57,095 nt of DNA from Aplysia californica (taxonomy: Eukaryota), in the NCBI RefSeq assembly GCF_000002075.1, contig NW_004797300.1, positions 1,668,510 through 1,725,604 of the forward strand, written 5' to 3'. The position numbers and the translations under genes were made by a program. The stretch's first letter is position 1, and the number at the start of each line of letters is the position of its first letter. Below are positions 26,001-40,600 of this stretch, piece by piece. The notes below the pieces were generated by a model that was given only the letters and a program-made list of their open reading frames with translations, did no database searches and was not told the origin of the DNA.

Positions 26001-29000
26001 GCGTCTGCACATGCTGCTCCAGGCGAGACTTGACATTACCTCGGTATGACACCACACTGTCCAGTTTTTTCTGATGGGCACCAAAGAAAAAATGTTCATC
26101 AATGTCTTTTCTTTTTACCAAGAGTGAAAAATACAAATTGTGACTTGATCGCATTTACACACGAAAGAATAACAAATGAAGCAATACGTGTATTGTTAAC
26201 CTATTTTTTGGGGGGTATTCATTCAGTAGTGTCTTTATTCATGAATGTATTCATTTTTTCTGTCACTTATTCTTTCATCAATTCCTTTCTTTACTCATTC
26301 ACTTAACATTCTTGCTTTAGTTTGCATACAGTTTCATTCATCCATCTGCGTTGTCATCTTTTAAAAAAATATAGTAATGCAGTTTTTACAATTTCACAGG
26401 AGAGTCGGAGAGCCAAAAACTGAATATTGTTACCAAGAAAACAAACTCTTTGCAAACATCCCAAATTAATCTATTTTGATAATAACTTCCTTATTATCTT
26501 TAAGGCAACTATTGTTTTATTGGTAACCACATTCAGATTCTTTGGCTTTCCTGTATAATTGTAAAAAACATTGTACTTTTTATGACTGCAGTGAAGCTGT
26601 TCATACATTTAAGTCTTTACAGTTCCATGCATTAGGAACAGAATAAAACAGATCACCATGAACAAACAAATCTTTATAATTTGAATCTAAGGTTCTGCTT
26701 CTAAACCGCAAACTTTAAAGAAACTAACCTTTGCTTCTTCATGCAGAACAGAAGCAAACTTTGTCTTCCAAGCCATGGAGAACCCATGTAGGCTGTCCTT
26801 GATTGGGTCTGAGAACAGGTTGACTGGACCGACTGGCAGCTGGGCTGGAATACCCAGAACCTTCTTCTCAAGGTATAGGTAACGCTCCACCTGATAATGA
26901 GCACAAAATCATTGCACTGTATGCTTCCCTGGAAGTTGAGATTGTTTCAGAACGCTATCAGGTCTGCTGGGGTAATTGAATAGATTGCCAAGCACATAGA
27001 GGTTGCTGTTGAGCGGGAATTTGCACTATATAAATGCTATTTATTATTGTTATTATTAAATTTACCGGTTTGCAAACTGAACTCAAAACAATAACAATGA
27101 CAGATGTGTGCATAAATAACAAGGTTTTTGAGCATACAGAATTATAGGGGGAGTCTCATTAGGTGTGAGTAAGATGACAAAAACACATTTTTCATTTCGG
27201 CAAATACAGACTTCAACATAAGTTATGGACCACCTTGACAGACAGCCCTGACTTTAAAAAAACCGAAAAAAAGACAGCAAGGAATGATTCAACATTTTTT
27301 GCTCAGAATTGGTTGCCAAAGCGTACTGCAAAGCTCCCTAAACGGGCAAAACTACCACGTGCAGCACGGAAATCCTCAAGGAATTTTAGCCAAATTTGCA
27401 GGGTTTTTTTTACTAGTGTGTGACACCCGGGACATTCCTCAGTTAAAATTTCTGGTGCACGTCATAAACGGACGTACGGTCTCAAACAGTGCTCACTTTG
27501 GTGGCAATATAAGCCGCCGCTTGTGGAAAATCCTGTATTGCATCAACATGCCACCAAGACGAAAGCTGAGAGACTTTGATCGTGCCAGAGCTATGGCATG
27601 GCTGCAGGATGGAGTTGGAGCCCGAGAAGTTGCCAGAAGGCTTGCAGTGTCACACACTGTTATTGTCTGCCTGAGACAGCGCCATCGAGCCACTGAATCA
27701 GTCCAAGAATGCCCATGTGCTGGTCGACCCAAGAAGACCACTCAGAGTGTTTGCAAGTGGTCCTTAACTTTTCTTGAAGTTTGTAGCTAGCTTGACGTAA
27801 AGCACAAGCAAAGATTGGATATCTGCACTTTCCAAAGTGAATGAAAGTAAAGATTTGAAGTGGGTGCGAGTTAGGATTTGAACTGCGTGAGAGTAAGACA
27901 TAGAAGAATCAAGCAGATTTAAAAGTAATTCTTCACAAAACAAAGTATGTACATTACACAACCTGGCCAAATTATGAAGAGATGGGTTCTCATTTCTACC
28001 TACTTTTAACACTGAAATACAATTTTTCTCACAACGTACTTTTTTTTTCAACTCTCAAATAAGTGAAAGCTTTGTATAGTTTTCGACTTTTAGAAAATAT
28101 TTTAAACATAAAACTCAGAGACTAAAGGACCATTACTTCTCTTTTGATTGCCACAACACCCGGATCAGCATCGATGAATTCACTGAAGTTGCCGTGCATG
28201 TCATCCCTCCACAAGAAGTTGTAATAGCTGAAGTGGAACAGATGACGATGGACCAAGCCTCCAAGGTCTGAGAAAACAATGGAAAAGGTAATAATTGTTT
28301 CCCATAGCTATGAACACATCANNNNNNNNNNNNNNNNNNNNNNNNNNNNNNNNNNNNNNNNNNNNNNNNNNNNNNNNNNNNNNNNNNNNNNNNNNNNNNN
28401 NNNNNNNNNNNNNNNNNNNNNNNNNNNNNNNNNNNNNNNNNNNNNNNNNNNNNNNNNNNNNNNNNNNNNNNNNNNNNNNNNNNNNNNNNNNNNNNNNNNN
28501 NNNNNNNNNNNNNNNNNNNNNNNNNNNNNNNNNNNNNNNNNNNNNNNNNNNNNNNNNNNNNNNNNNNNNNNNNNNNNNNNNNNNNNNNNNNNNNNNNNNN
28601 NNNNNNNNNNTAAGCACATCCATTCATGAATAAATATATACAATAAACACATGCATTCATAACGTCTCTCGTTTACTAATGTTAAAAGGACCGCCAGAAA
28701 TATCAAATAACAGGATTTTGCACTTTTATGCCTCACAAACCTTAAACTTGTTTATGTTTCACGCGCAAAAAAAAATTTGACTTTATGGTGTATTTCCAAC
28801 TTTATTCACTGATTTTACCCTGTTCCCTTCTACACACAATAGTGCACGACCATAGTATTATAGCAATTGACAAATGAAAGTTAGGGTGCATGGATCCTTT
28901 AGGCTCTGAGGGTTCAGGGCTCAAAAGGTTAAAATGTTCATTCAGAACAATAGGTATCACAGATCTCCTCACCATCAATGACACTGGTTAGCTGTGAGCA

Positions 29001-30055
29001 GAGCTCTTGAACATTGCAGTCGCTGCTGATCATCCCATAGAACGACTCATCCCCAGACTCACTCATCCAGGAGATCTCTGAAGTGAGAACAAAACAATAC
29101 AAATAAAATTTAAGGTTGCCCAAGGGGGAGAGGCACAGCGAAATAATAAGGCTCCTTTAAGGTGCAGTGGAAAAGAAGAAAAAAACTGTCAGGAACAAGA
29201 AAAGGAAAGAAAAGAAATATATAACCTATTGGTAGTGCACTCCAATCAGCAGGATCAAACTTGAAAAGGAAGTTTACCGGTACATCTATAAGTGTACACA
29301 CTACCCTCCCCACCCCTCCCTTCCATTCACACATTAAAAAAATTAATGGAACTGGGAAATATATTTGCTTTTGTTCAATTTTGTGTTTTCGAACTTTGAA
29401 ACAACAGGCATACATTCTTTTAATGAAAAATTACAAACATGTTATGCTGCACTCAATACAATTTACATAATTTATGATAAGGCTTGTTGGGACTCTGCCC
29501 GTCAGGGTAACCCCACACTATGAATGACTCAACATCTCAGCAGACAGACAGAGATAATCAGCAAAATAACATCCCTACATGAGAATTGAACTCACTCCTT
29601 CTGCATGCAATGGCAAAAGCAAAACCATTAGGCTTCAGCCACCTCCCAGGCAAAATTAAAAATTAATTTCCACCAAACTGATAATGCTAAATGTGTCCCG
29701 CACACTCATATGACCTTATGCAGTTGTATGCACTGTAAAACATTTACAAAAAAAAAAAAAAAAGATCGACACCAGAGACACCAATATCTAGATTCTTTGC
29801 AGCAAATGGAAGCAAGAGAACTTTTCATCGACCAATACATTCACAATGGCTAAACATAAAGATGTAATACAATTATTGTAATAAGAAACTTGCCACTGTT
29901 AGCTTCCAGGATGGCGTTGGTGACGTCAGAGATTGACTTCTGCACAACATCCAGTGTTGGCTCAACAATGATGTTGGGAATGGAGAATTTCACATTCACT
30001 TCAAACCTGCACATAAGATGAACGAAAGTTGTGGTAATTTTAATTATACTTATTA

Positions 30056-30088
<33 letters not shown>

Positions 30089-32388
30089 ATGTCATTATTA
30101 TTGTGGTTGTTGTCATTTTTCTTATTATCAACATTTAAAAAAATATTGTTACCATCATTATTATGGTGGCAGGCGCTGTCCTTTTTCTGATTTTAATTTG
30201 ACAGAGTCATGGGTATTTCCTTCGTTTAGCTGTTGCTTTATGAATCATGCCAGCTGGGCTCTTCAGTTTTCATTTTCTGTGGTAGCGTAAAGAGTCCAGG
30301 GGAGATGACTTTTGCTTCTATTAATGGAAAGTGGCCATTTGTACAGGTAACTGTCTTACACATGTGGCCATTAGAGCAAGTTCAACTGTATAAAAAAAAC
30401 TCACTGCAAAGGCGTGCTGAGCACTGCATTCTCCCCAGGTGACCAGGTCATTTCAGACAAGTTGGTCATGTTGCTGGCAGGTCGGTCCGATGTCTGAGAC
30501 TGTCTGCCGCCACTCTGAGCCGAGTTGACACGACTGTTGCCGGCACTGCCACTGTAAAATACAAAGAACCACCCAGAAAAGTTTAGACCACAAAAAGAGA
30601 AAGGAAGTTGAGTGGTAGTTCATTACAAATCAGCATAACAGCTTTATTTTTCCAGGAGCTGATCAATAAAACGATAATATCAAAGGTACCAACAGACAAA
30701 CAAAAGAGTGGGAACAAATCATCAATGAAACCAAAGGAATCAAACACAACAAATCACTGAGACCATGAGCTCAAATTAGAAATTTGTACCTCAGGATACA
30801 GGACCTGAAGGTGTTCTTTAAAAGAATCTTTAGAAGCCCCTAGGTAAAAGAACTAATTAATAATGTACTTATCATTTGAATACACATGAATAAAAAATTA
30901 ACCTTCCAACCTCAAGAACTACATTTATGCTAGATATGAAAATGCAGGTATAACCTGAAATAATCCTTTTTTTTTTTGTCTGGGAGAACCAGAACACAAC
31001 CACTGAAATTACTTCTGATACATACATATGGTCAAAATAGTTGAAAACGAATAGTTCATTCAAATTCAGCACTATCCGAAAAAGAAAATTGAAGCAGATA
31101 ACAGCTAAATTTGATATGCAAAAAGCTTGCTTTATTTCATTTCTCTACAGCTTTGATGACAAAAATTGTAAACATAATTAGTCAGTTATGTTTGGAACAC
31201 TGTGCACTCTTAAGAACAGAGAAGAAAGATGACAGTCATTACATATTATCATGTGCAAGCTTAAACTCATCATACAAGAGAACTGTTCCAAAATGCTGAG
31301 AATATTTCCAAATATTACAGGATCAGCCACAAACAACATCAAATTTTTATAAAGCATAAATAAACAACCTTCTTTAAGTAGAAATATGCACTATCAAAAT
31401 GCAGTCTATTCTTATTATTATTACTNNNNNNNNNNNNNNNNNNNNNNNNNNNNNNNNNNNNNNNNNNNNNNNNNNNNNNNNNNNNNNNNNNNNNNNNNNN
31501 NNNNNNNNNNNNNNNNNNNNNNNNNNNNNNNNNNNNNNNNNNNNNNNNNNNNNNNNNNNNTATTATTATTATATTTATGTTATCGTTATTGTATTATTAT
31601 TGTATTATTACAAGCAGAATTATTATTGCAATTACTATTATTATTACTGCAATTATTACTATTGTTATTGCAATTATTATCGCTAATACTATTATTATTA
31701 TTATTACTATTATTATTATTATTATCGTTATTATCATTATCATCCTCATCATCCTTAACTCGGGAAATAGACCCACCTGAAATAGTTGCCATAGGCAGCC
31801 CGCGGCGACGGGGAGCTGCACTCACTGTGGGACTCGTGGTTGGACACAGGGGTGAAGGCACGGACAACCTCACCCGTACAGCCGGCCGCCTCTGCCAGAC
31901 AGGCTAGGGACTTGGTGGTGGCCCCCAGCACAGCTTGGAACACCTGGTCTTTGAAGTGAGCTGAGGGCAGAGGGTAAAGGGCAGAGCTCTGATTAAAGTG
32001 AGTGTTAAGGCAGTTTACTATAAGCTCACTGACCATGTTTTCTGTACTCCGCAACCGCAATGATTAGGTTGCGGGAAAAGGGGATAGAGAAGGAAAAAGG
32101 AAGAAAGGAATGATTATTTGGAAGGGAAAGACATCGCCATAATCAGACAGCCACCGGAACAATCAGTATGGATACCTTGCGGGCTTTGGTGCTGGGGGGA
32201 ACAGAGCACTTATGGACCTGTCCCATGTGCAATGACGTTGTTGCCCATGACAGGTAATACAGGTTTTCTGTACTGCTAACCCTTAGCTCGCTCTTTCTTT
32301 TTCTTTTCACCCCCACCTCCACCTCCCCTCCTCTCTCTGTGTCTTTGTTTCTTCCTTTCACTTTTTTTTTCTTTCTCACTCTTTCATT

Positions 32389-32461
<73 letters not shown>

Positions 32462-35400
32462 CTCTCTCTCTTTCTCCTCTCTCAAACACTCTCTCCCCTT
32501 TCCATTCTACCAGCATTTAATCAAATNNNNNNNNNNNNNNNNNNNNNNNNNNNNNNNNNNNNNNNNNNNNNNNNNNNNNNNNNNNNNNNNNNNNNNNNNN
32601 NNNNNNNNNNNNNNNNNNNNNNNNNNNNNNNNNNNNNNNNNNNNNNNNNNNNNNNNNNNNNNNNNNNNNNNNNNNNNNNNNNNNNNNNNNNNNNNNNNNN
32701 NNNNNNNNNNNNNNNNNNNNNCTCAACAACATAAGCTTCCTCCATGGCGGCCAGTTGCTTCTCCTTCTCATGCTCATCATCATCCAGCATCAGCTGCAGC
32801 TTCTTCTCCTTCAAGGCCTGCTTGCTGTCAGGCTGAGCAAACAAATGGTTTTCAAAATCAAAAAGTGTACTCCTCAAAAGTCATATTTACGTACATCATA
32901 CAGCACCTCTGAGGGTCTGAGTGTGAGTAAAGAAAAGCACACCCACGCAACAACAGTCATTTAGTTTAGTACTGAGAATAAAAACAAGACAGACAGAAAT
33001 AAAAGACGGAAAGTGACCCACTCCAACCATTCCAGAATACCTCTGCAGCTTATATTCATACGACTTTATCTGAAAACAGCCTCTAATTAATCCAAAAGAC
33101 ATGTCTCATTTTTGTTGAGGTATAGGGGGAAATTATTAGTTTCTCTTCCATATTTTCAGGAGCAAAGACAACAAACAAAATACTCCTTTTTGCTAGGTCT
33201 TTACATTGAGTTCCAAGTATTAGTTCACCACGAGGCAGTAAAAAGGAACAGATAAGAGTAGCAGTAAGAGCAAAAAAGAGTAGGAGAAACAGAACACCCC
33301 AAAGACTGCACGCTACAAGATGGTTCACTCCCTGAAAAAAAAGCACCTTTGAAAATAAACTAATGGAAGTAAATAGATATTGCCAACAGTTGTGATGAAG
33401 AATTCATTTTAATTGATTATTAATTCCCAAACATAATTTTTTCGCAATACATTTACTCCCACAACTACTCTTTGTACACAAAATGCATGCACATGCCTTC
33501 CTAAGAAGAGCAATCTACATGCAATTACTACAGATGTCGACTGTGGCACTACATTAAGAATGATTCTTTGGAATCATGAATAGAAAATGGATCCATCTTG
33601 CGTATTTAATAATCTATGAGCACCAAAGAATCACTCATTCAATATGAAAAACATCACTTGAGCAGTCTGGTGAGGACAACAGTAAAGCTCATTCAGGCAA
33701 GATGATAGAATGTTTCTTATAAATAAACAGCAATTATTTGGGCAGAGAGTAAAGCAATTCAGGCTAATGTTGAAAATACTTCCCCCTTCAACAATATTCT
33801 TCTCAAAATATTGCCTTTTCCAACATTCAGATACATTGACACTACTTTCCAAGTTCATGAAACAGAGCATCTTTTTCTTTTGTAAAAACAGCCTCATTAG
33901 GTTGTGTATTATTACCTTTATTTAAAATTACAACAAATCTCTCATTTTAAACACTCACATACTACCGTTAAGCATATTTGACAAAACTGTAACAATTTGA
34001 GTGAGAAATGCACCCACCGATAAATAACCCAAGCTTGACTTAATTGTTACTCGTAGTCTGAAACTTTTGAATGCTTGCCTTAGCTGGTATTACAGGATGA
34101 AATAAAGTTTCTAGCTGCACAAAATAAAACTTGCATTCAAAGTGCTGCAGTAAGATTTCCTTATCATAAAATTGTTCCTTCCGATCCACCCTGACATTGC
34201 GGACTGCACTATCTCACAATTGATAATTTAGACAATTCATTTGGGGCCCATGCACCAAAATCAATTTCACAAAAATTTGACATGACATAGGAGTATTTAT
34301 CTTTTTTGAGAAAAACTACGTCCACACCGATATTTTAAGATAGAGCTATCCTTCATATCAAAGTCACTGCACTTTTTTCTTCAGATTGAATATTTGGGGG
34401 TATTTTTAGTTCACTGTCAGGTAAAATCTAAAAAAACAATATATTTTAAGTGCTGTTGGACAAATAGGCCTACATAATATGTTCAAAAGAGTGGAAATGA
34501 TTATAATAATATTGATGTAGCTATGGGACAAATATTTCTAACACATCTTCACTTAGTGAATTTTTTCTTGAGGGGAAAAAGGAGGATATTACCAAGAGTA
34601 ACATTTTGCAAAGTTTAACACTCATTTCCACAGAAGGTCATACATATAAGATTAAAACACATTAAGAAAATATAAAGCATACCAGATATATTCTAGAGCT
34701 AAACAAAACTACAAAAGAAAAGAAAACGTTAAAAAATTACACACTGAAAGTGCTAAATTTAGTCATTTTCTCTTAAGCACGTAGTCGTAGGTTTCACTTT
34801 AATGAAGAACTAGAACATTTTTCAGAGTGAGAAACAGAGTAGTCAAGAGTAGTCATTTGCTTGTTTGGTTTTTTTTCTCACAATTTCATGTAAAAAATTT
34901 TTAAAAATCTAAGGCAAAACAACAACTAAAACACAGCCTCATTATCAAAGATGTTTTAATTAAATTTTTTTTTCAATGGAATTTATTATTTCCTTTGTTC
35001 TAGAAAAAAGATCAGATAAGTGTAAAGCAATCATAGAAAAATGTAAGTTTCTCTTATTATCAAATTTCAACCTTTCATTTAAAGAACAAAGAACTATCAT
35101 TCTGATATTATTGTGAACGTATACCTTAAAAAAAGGGAGCCGCCCGGAGACTTTAACAACATTCAAGAGAGATTTTTTCTGAGAGCATGCACTCGTGTAT
35201 GTACAAGTGAGAACACACATGTGGGCTAGCGTGTACTTACATGTGTTAGCGTGTATGTGCGAGAGTGTGCGTGTGTGTGTGCGTGTGTATGTGTGTGTAT
35301 GCGTGTGAGTGAATGAGCTTGTGTGTGTGCAAATGTGTGTGTCTCTGTGTGTGTAAGTGTGTGGGTATGTGCGAGATCATGTGTGTGTGTGTTTGTGGGT

Positions 35401-37643
35401 GCGTGTGTGAGTGTGTTTTTGTGTGTGTATGTGTGCAAATGTGTGTGTCTCTGTGTGTGTAAGTGTGTGGGTATGTGTGAGATCATGTGTGTGTNNNNNN
35501 NNNNNNNNNNNNNNNNNNNNNNNNNNNNNNNNNNNNNNNNNNNNNNNNNNNNNNNNNNNNNNNNNNNNNNNNNNNNNNNNNNNNNNNNNNNNNNNNNNNN
35601 NNNNNNNNNNNNNNNNNNNNNNNNNNNNNNNNNTGTGCCTCAGCAGAAATGCTTACGATTGTAAATGCAATTTACGAGTAAGAAAGGAGAGATTCAAAAC
35701 CAATGACAGACTTTTTTTAAAGAAGTGCATAAAGGCTACCTATAATACATCTCCTTACCTGGCTAAAAAGATGTCTTTTCATTTTGATTTGATTTATAAA
35801 TTAGCACAATTTCACTTTCTCACCTCTAACACCAACAGTTTCAAAAGCATTTATATTCTGCCCAAAATGATACCTTTACTTAACACTGAAAAATCTGACA
35901 GACAATCTATCCACTATTTTTTAAGGGTGGGAGTAAAACTGGTAATTGTATGAGTTAAACGCTCATTTCAACATAATAATAGTAAAGTGCATAGAGCATT
36001 CTGCTGAGCTTAGATATGTCCTATATAAAGCAATTATCAGTATTACTTGTCAGTGCAGCAGACCTTTTAAAGTAAAGAATTCTGTACCACAGTCAGTCCT
36101 TACATAACATTCTTATAGAGAATGGGAAGAATAAGAATAGGCACGTTCATGAGCACCTGATGAAGTGTAGAGTCTGTTTCACCAAACGTAAAAAAAAGTG
36201 CAGGTATAACACAATCATACAAATGAAGTCAAACACAATTAATCCACCGCACAACAAAATGGCAACCAGCTGAAACAATAACTGTGCAAAATGTCGAATG
36301 AAATATACCTTCTCTGCCCACAAAATGATTACTGGATGAACCACAGTTAAATAATACTATATACTTCCTAGGTCTGCCCAGCTTTGTAAGTAGGAGAACA
36401 ATAAATGACCTTAAGAATCTCAAGACTGACATTCACTCATCAAGACACTTTAAAAAAAAGTAAAACAGAAATTTAAAATCTTGCTATTTGTAGCATACTC
36501 TCATTGTTTAAAAGATCAGACACTAAAAGAAATAATGATCATTGGACACATGAAAGAGTCCCATTTATGCAAAGCTTAACATTCCTGTCATTCTACTATA
36601 TTCACATCTGGAAAACAAATATTTAAGTCAGAAACATTTTACCATGACTATTCTCTATAAGAAATTAGTCAATAAACACCATAATAGCATCTATCTCCAC
36701 ACAACACGACAGCACATTGAATCATTAACACCTCTTTAGATATTGGTGCCATCTACGGTCCAGTAATTGGAACAAAGAAAATGGCTACACTCTAAGACAT
36801 AGTTGGTCACTGACAGATTTTGGATTTCACTGGAACATCTGTAACATTGAAGAAAAGGTTTCACACTGAGGCAGGAAGATCAGATATTCACCAGCTAAAA
36901 CAGAAGCTATAACAATGCTGACAGGACGATACCATTTATGAAGGAAAAGTGATGAGCTCAAAAAAACAAGTAGCAACTCAAATCAGTGGCACAATATTGC
37001 TTCATTCACTTCACGAAAGGTGCATGTATATTCAAAATGGTAGACAGCATACTGATTTAGATGTGTGAGTTCTGTCCGTAGCTTTCTGTCGAATGTTTCT
37101 CAGCTTAGACATGATAGTGGAGCGCGCAAGAGCAACACTTTTGAGGGTGATTGTGTACTCCTGTAAACAAAGTAAAGGTTCACAAGCATTTCACAACCAC
37201 AGTTAGGCATTAGTAATGAATTATACAGAGATGACAGGTATAAAGACAAATCAGTTGGAGTAAAATCTTAAAGGGCTGATAAGTATGAGTTTTCACTGTG
37301 ACCCTTTGGTGTACAGAAAACTAGAATGTAAGTTTTACTTCCTATTAAACATTACTCTATTCATTTCAGAGGCTATGCTGATCATTACATTTCCCTTCTG
37401 TTAACATGACAATGTTCAGAAATTCCTTTGTTAAAGAGCATAGTAAGTGTGAAAAGAAAGATATTGTAGAAATTAATTTTCAGGGAACTTAATCCAAGCT
37501 ATAGTCTAAACAAAGTAAGAACAAAACTACAATGTCAGAGATTAAAACATTCCGTACGCTGAATTCATGAAATAAAGTAAATACATGCTGGCCCAGCCAT
37601 TATGAGACTTGTTTCCCCAGCTTCTTAACCTTCAAACTTCCCC

Positions 37644-37693
<50 letters not shown>

Positions 37694-40600
37694 AAGAGAA
37701 GAAGAGAGAGAGAGACAAAGAGAGAGAAAGAGAGAGACAAACACAGAGACAGACAGACAAACAAACAGATAAACAAACAGATAAACAAACAGACAGACAG
37801 AGGGAGAAAGGGGAAAGTGGTAGGAGGTAGATGAGTAATAGGGACAGAGATAGAAAGGAAATCCACAACCTTTATTTGTGAGGCATTGTGCTGAAATCAG
37901 GCGCTCGTTAAAATAACAAAAATCGAAGATACCGGCATTTTTCTGAGGTTTGGCATTTTTTAATCTAATTTTTTTTTGGGGGGGTGAAAACCTTTCATGT
38001 CCATTTAAAAACATACCTATGTGTGGATATAATATTGATAAAAGGAACTAAAAAATGTAAATTTTCAGTTTCCAAGGACGCTAAAGCTGTGGAAGTCACC
38101 AAACTTTGTCTGCCATTTCTCCCTAATTTTACCTCTGAAACCAGGCAACTCCCACCTCTTTCAATTGCAAATATCTAAACTTCTACTCGAGATTAATGTG
38201 TATTTTTTTCATCAAAACATAGAGAAATAAAAAAGGTTTAAAATGATACCAATAACTTTACAGGCCCAAAAATTGATAAGCGCCTGATTCCACCATGTCA
38301 TGACACATTTTATATGTACTAATTTTCAAGTTTCTTCTTACCCCCTTAAACCAAGATTGCAGTAACGTGAAAGTACGGCTTTAAGAGTAAATATTCAAAA
38401 GTCAAGCAGGAATTACATATATATATAATATGGATGCAAAGCTGAATATTTCATATGGTGAAAAAGCAATTTCATGGTACTGCTGTGGCAGAACTGTAAA
38501 ATATTGCAGAATATACTAAAGCTCATAGCAGGTCAAGTAACAATTCATACGGATACATGCATGCACGAAGTCTATTTACCTTCCTTTTCTGCTTGAAAAT
38601 TAAGAAGGAAAAAAATATAACATAGAAAATGGGAATAAAGGAATACAAGGGAAAAGATTTTGCACACAATATCAATATTATAGAATATACAGGGAAAATT
38701 GCTCTATATAAAGAAGCAATGGGGAAAAATGTTGAGCACATTCTACATATATGTGAATTGTTTTTAGAAATTAAAAAAACGGTGCCCCTGTTCTATAGAA
38801 TTTGCTATCTATAGTTTTCCACCCCAAAAAGCTGGCTTGAAAAATTTTGGTTCAATCTTCCAGACTCTAGTAGTTTTTCCATCCTTTCACTGATTATAAT
38901 AAAAATTAAAAGTTCTTGCAAAGCGTGTTGTTATATCCTATTTACAACAGTACAGGCCTGCAATGTTAGTATCATCAATGTGTGGTCAAAGAGAAGAAAA
39001 ATGAAATGATCTTACAAAAATATAAAAGACATGTACAAAAGAAATATTTTGATAACAAGCAGAACACAACTAAAAAATTGGACAGAGAAAGAGACTAAAT
39101 TATAATGAACAAAGTTATAAGGGGAGAACATCTATTAGTTTTTGAAAATTAGTCTTTGAGCCATGCCCCCCAACCCCTTCCCCCTCCATGACTGACAAGT
39201 TAGAGAAACCTGTGCATCTAAGCTCCTTAGAGTTGACTACTAGATTTGCATCACTGCACGCTGAAGGATCAGTTGACATGAAGAAAGGCAAAACTAGAGA
39301 AATGCTCAGGCAAGTGTTCTAACCAAAACACAACGCCTACCACTTAGCACAGGAACGAATTATTTTTCATTCCTTTCATTTATAAGGAAATGTGATGTAA
39401 ATTGATTAATTTGAGGATGACGACCAAGTCTCAAAAACAAAACCCCAATTTTCTTTTTTTAACTAGGAAATATTACAAGACACAAATCAAAATACACGAA
39501 GGAAATGCCAAGAGACATGGGTTTTTGACCTACAGAAGAAGAAAACCTACCTTTTTGGTGGTGAGCATATTGGCCACTCCCTGCAGTCCTTCCAGCACAG
39601 TTTCCACATAGTTCTGTAGGGTCACTGATCGCTCATCAATGCTCTCCATCATTTCCTTGTTGAAGTTCTCCACAGGCTGTTACAAAGGTGCAATGAAACC
39701 CAGTAATAACATCATGCACAAACCTATTTGAGCTCAAATACGACATGAAGGAACCACCCAGACGTGAAAAAGTAATCCGCACTAGAACTGCCAGCTTTAC
39801 AAAAGATGCTTCACAAGGACCCCATCACACGTAGTGCATTTTTGTGTTAGTCTCCATTTTGCCAAGGTGTAGATTATTTATCATGAGGACTTGTGTAACA
39901 TGAATGACTTGTCTATTGAGTCTCAGGCCGAAGGGCTAGAACCCAAATGGCCGCTGGATCAGAAAAGTAGTCTATTGAGTCTTTAAAAAGAGCAATAACT
40001 GAACCTGTCTGAGGGTAAAAAAGATACGTAGAGAGACAGGTCTACATTTTAGTGACTTCTACTAATGATCAGCAGATGAAAAATTTAATGCATAAACATC
40101 TTATAAAAAAAACTCACAGAAAAAAAAGAACTAAAATTGACCTTTGATCACTGGTGTTATGCTCGTTGTGTGACAATGTATAGAAATCTTGACAAAGTAT
40201 TTCTCTCATTTCCAAAACCTTTTAGCTGTAGAATCTTACCCAGGTGCGTGAAAATGCCATGTCCATGTCATAGAGGCAGAAATCCTCAATGGTGACAATC
40301 ATTCCACAGACCTTGGTCTCCATCAGCTGATTGACCTTGGTGCTCATGTTCTTGAGACGCTCAGTCGCCGAGTGGATCTGGTGCAAGAACGCATCTGTGG
40401 AAGAAAGTTATTTATTTATTTGAGTTTATTTTTAGTTTTGGTAAAAGTTTTAAGGCACTTGCAACACAACTAGGTCATATAAGTACCGAAGATTGGAGGT
40501 GTCTCTGAAGAGAAAGATACAAAAAAAAGAAGGAGTAGAGATAAGGACGATAGACGTTTGATACAAAAAAAGTAGTAAACGCCACCAGAACAACCGCCAA

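Noticed and set aside
28201-28736. ORFs spanning N runs here and at other gaps
   Set aside because: Artefacts of translating through assembly gaps
37600-37645. Acceptor-like site after the long (CT)n tract on the minus strand
   Set aside because: Stop codon after five codons in the required phase 0; no convincing in-frame donor
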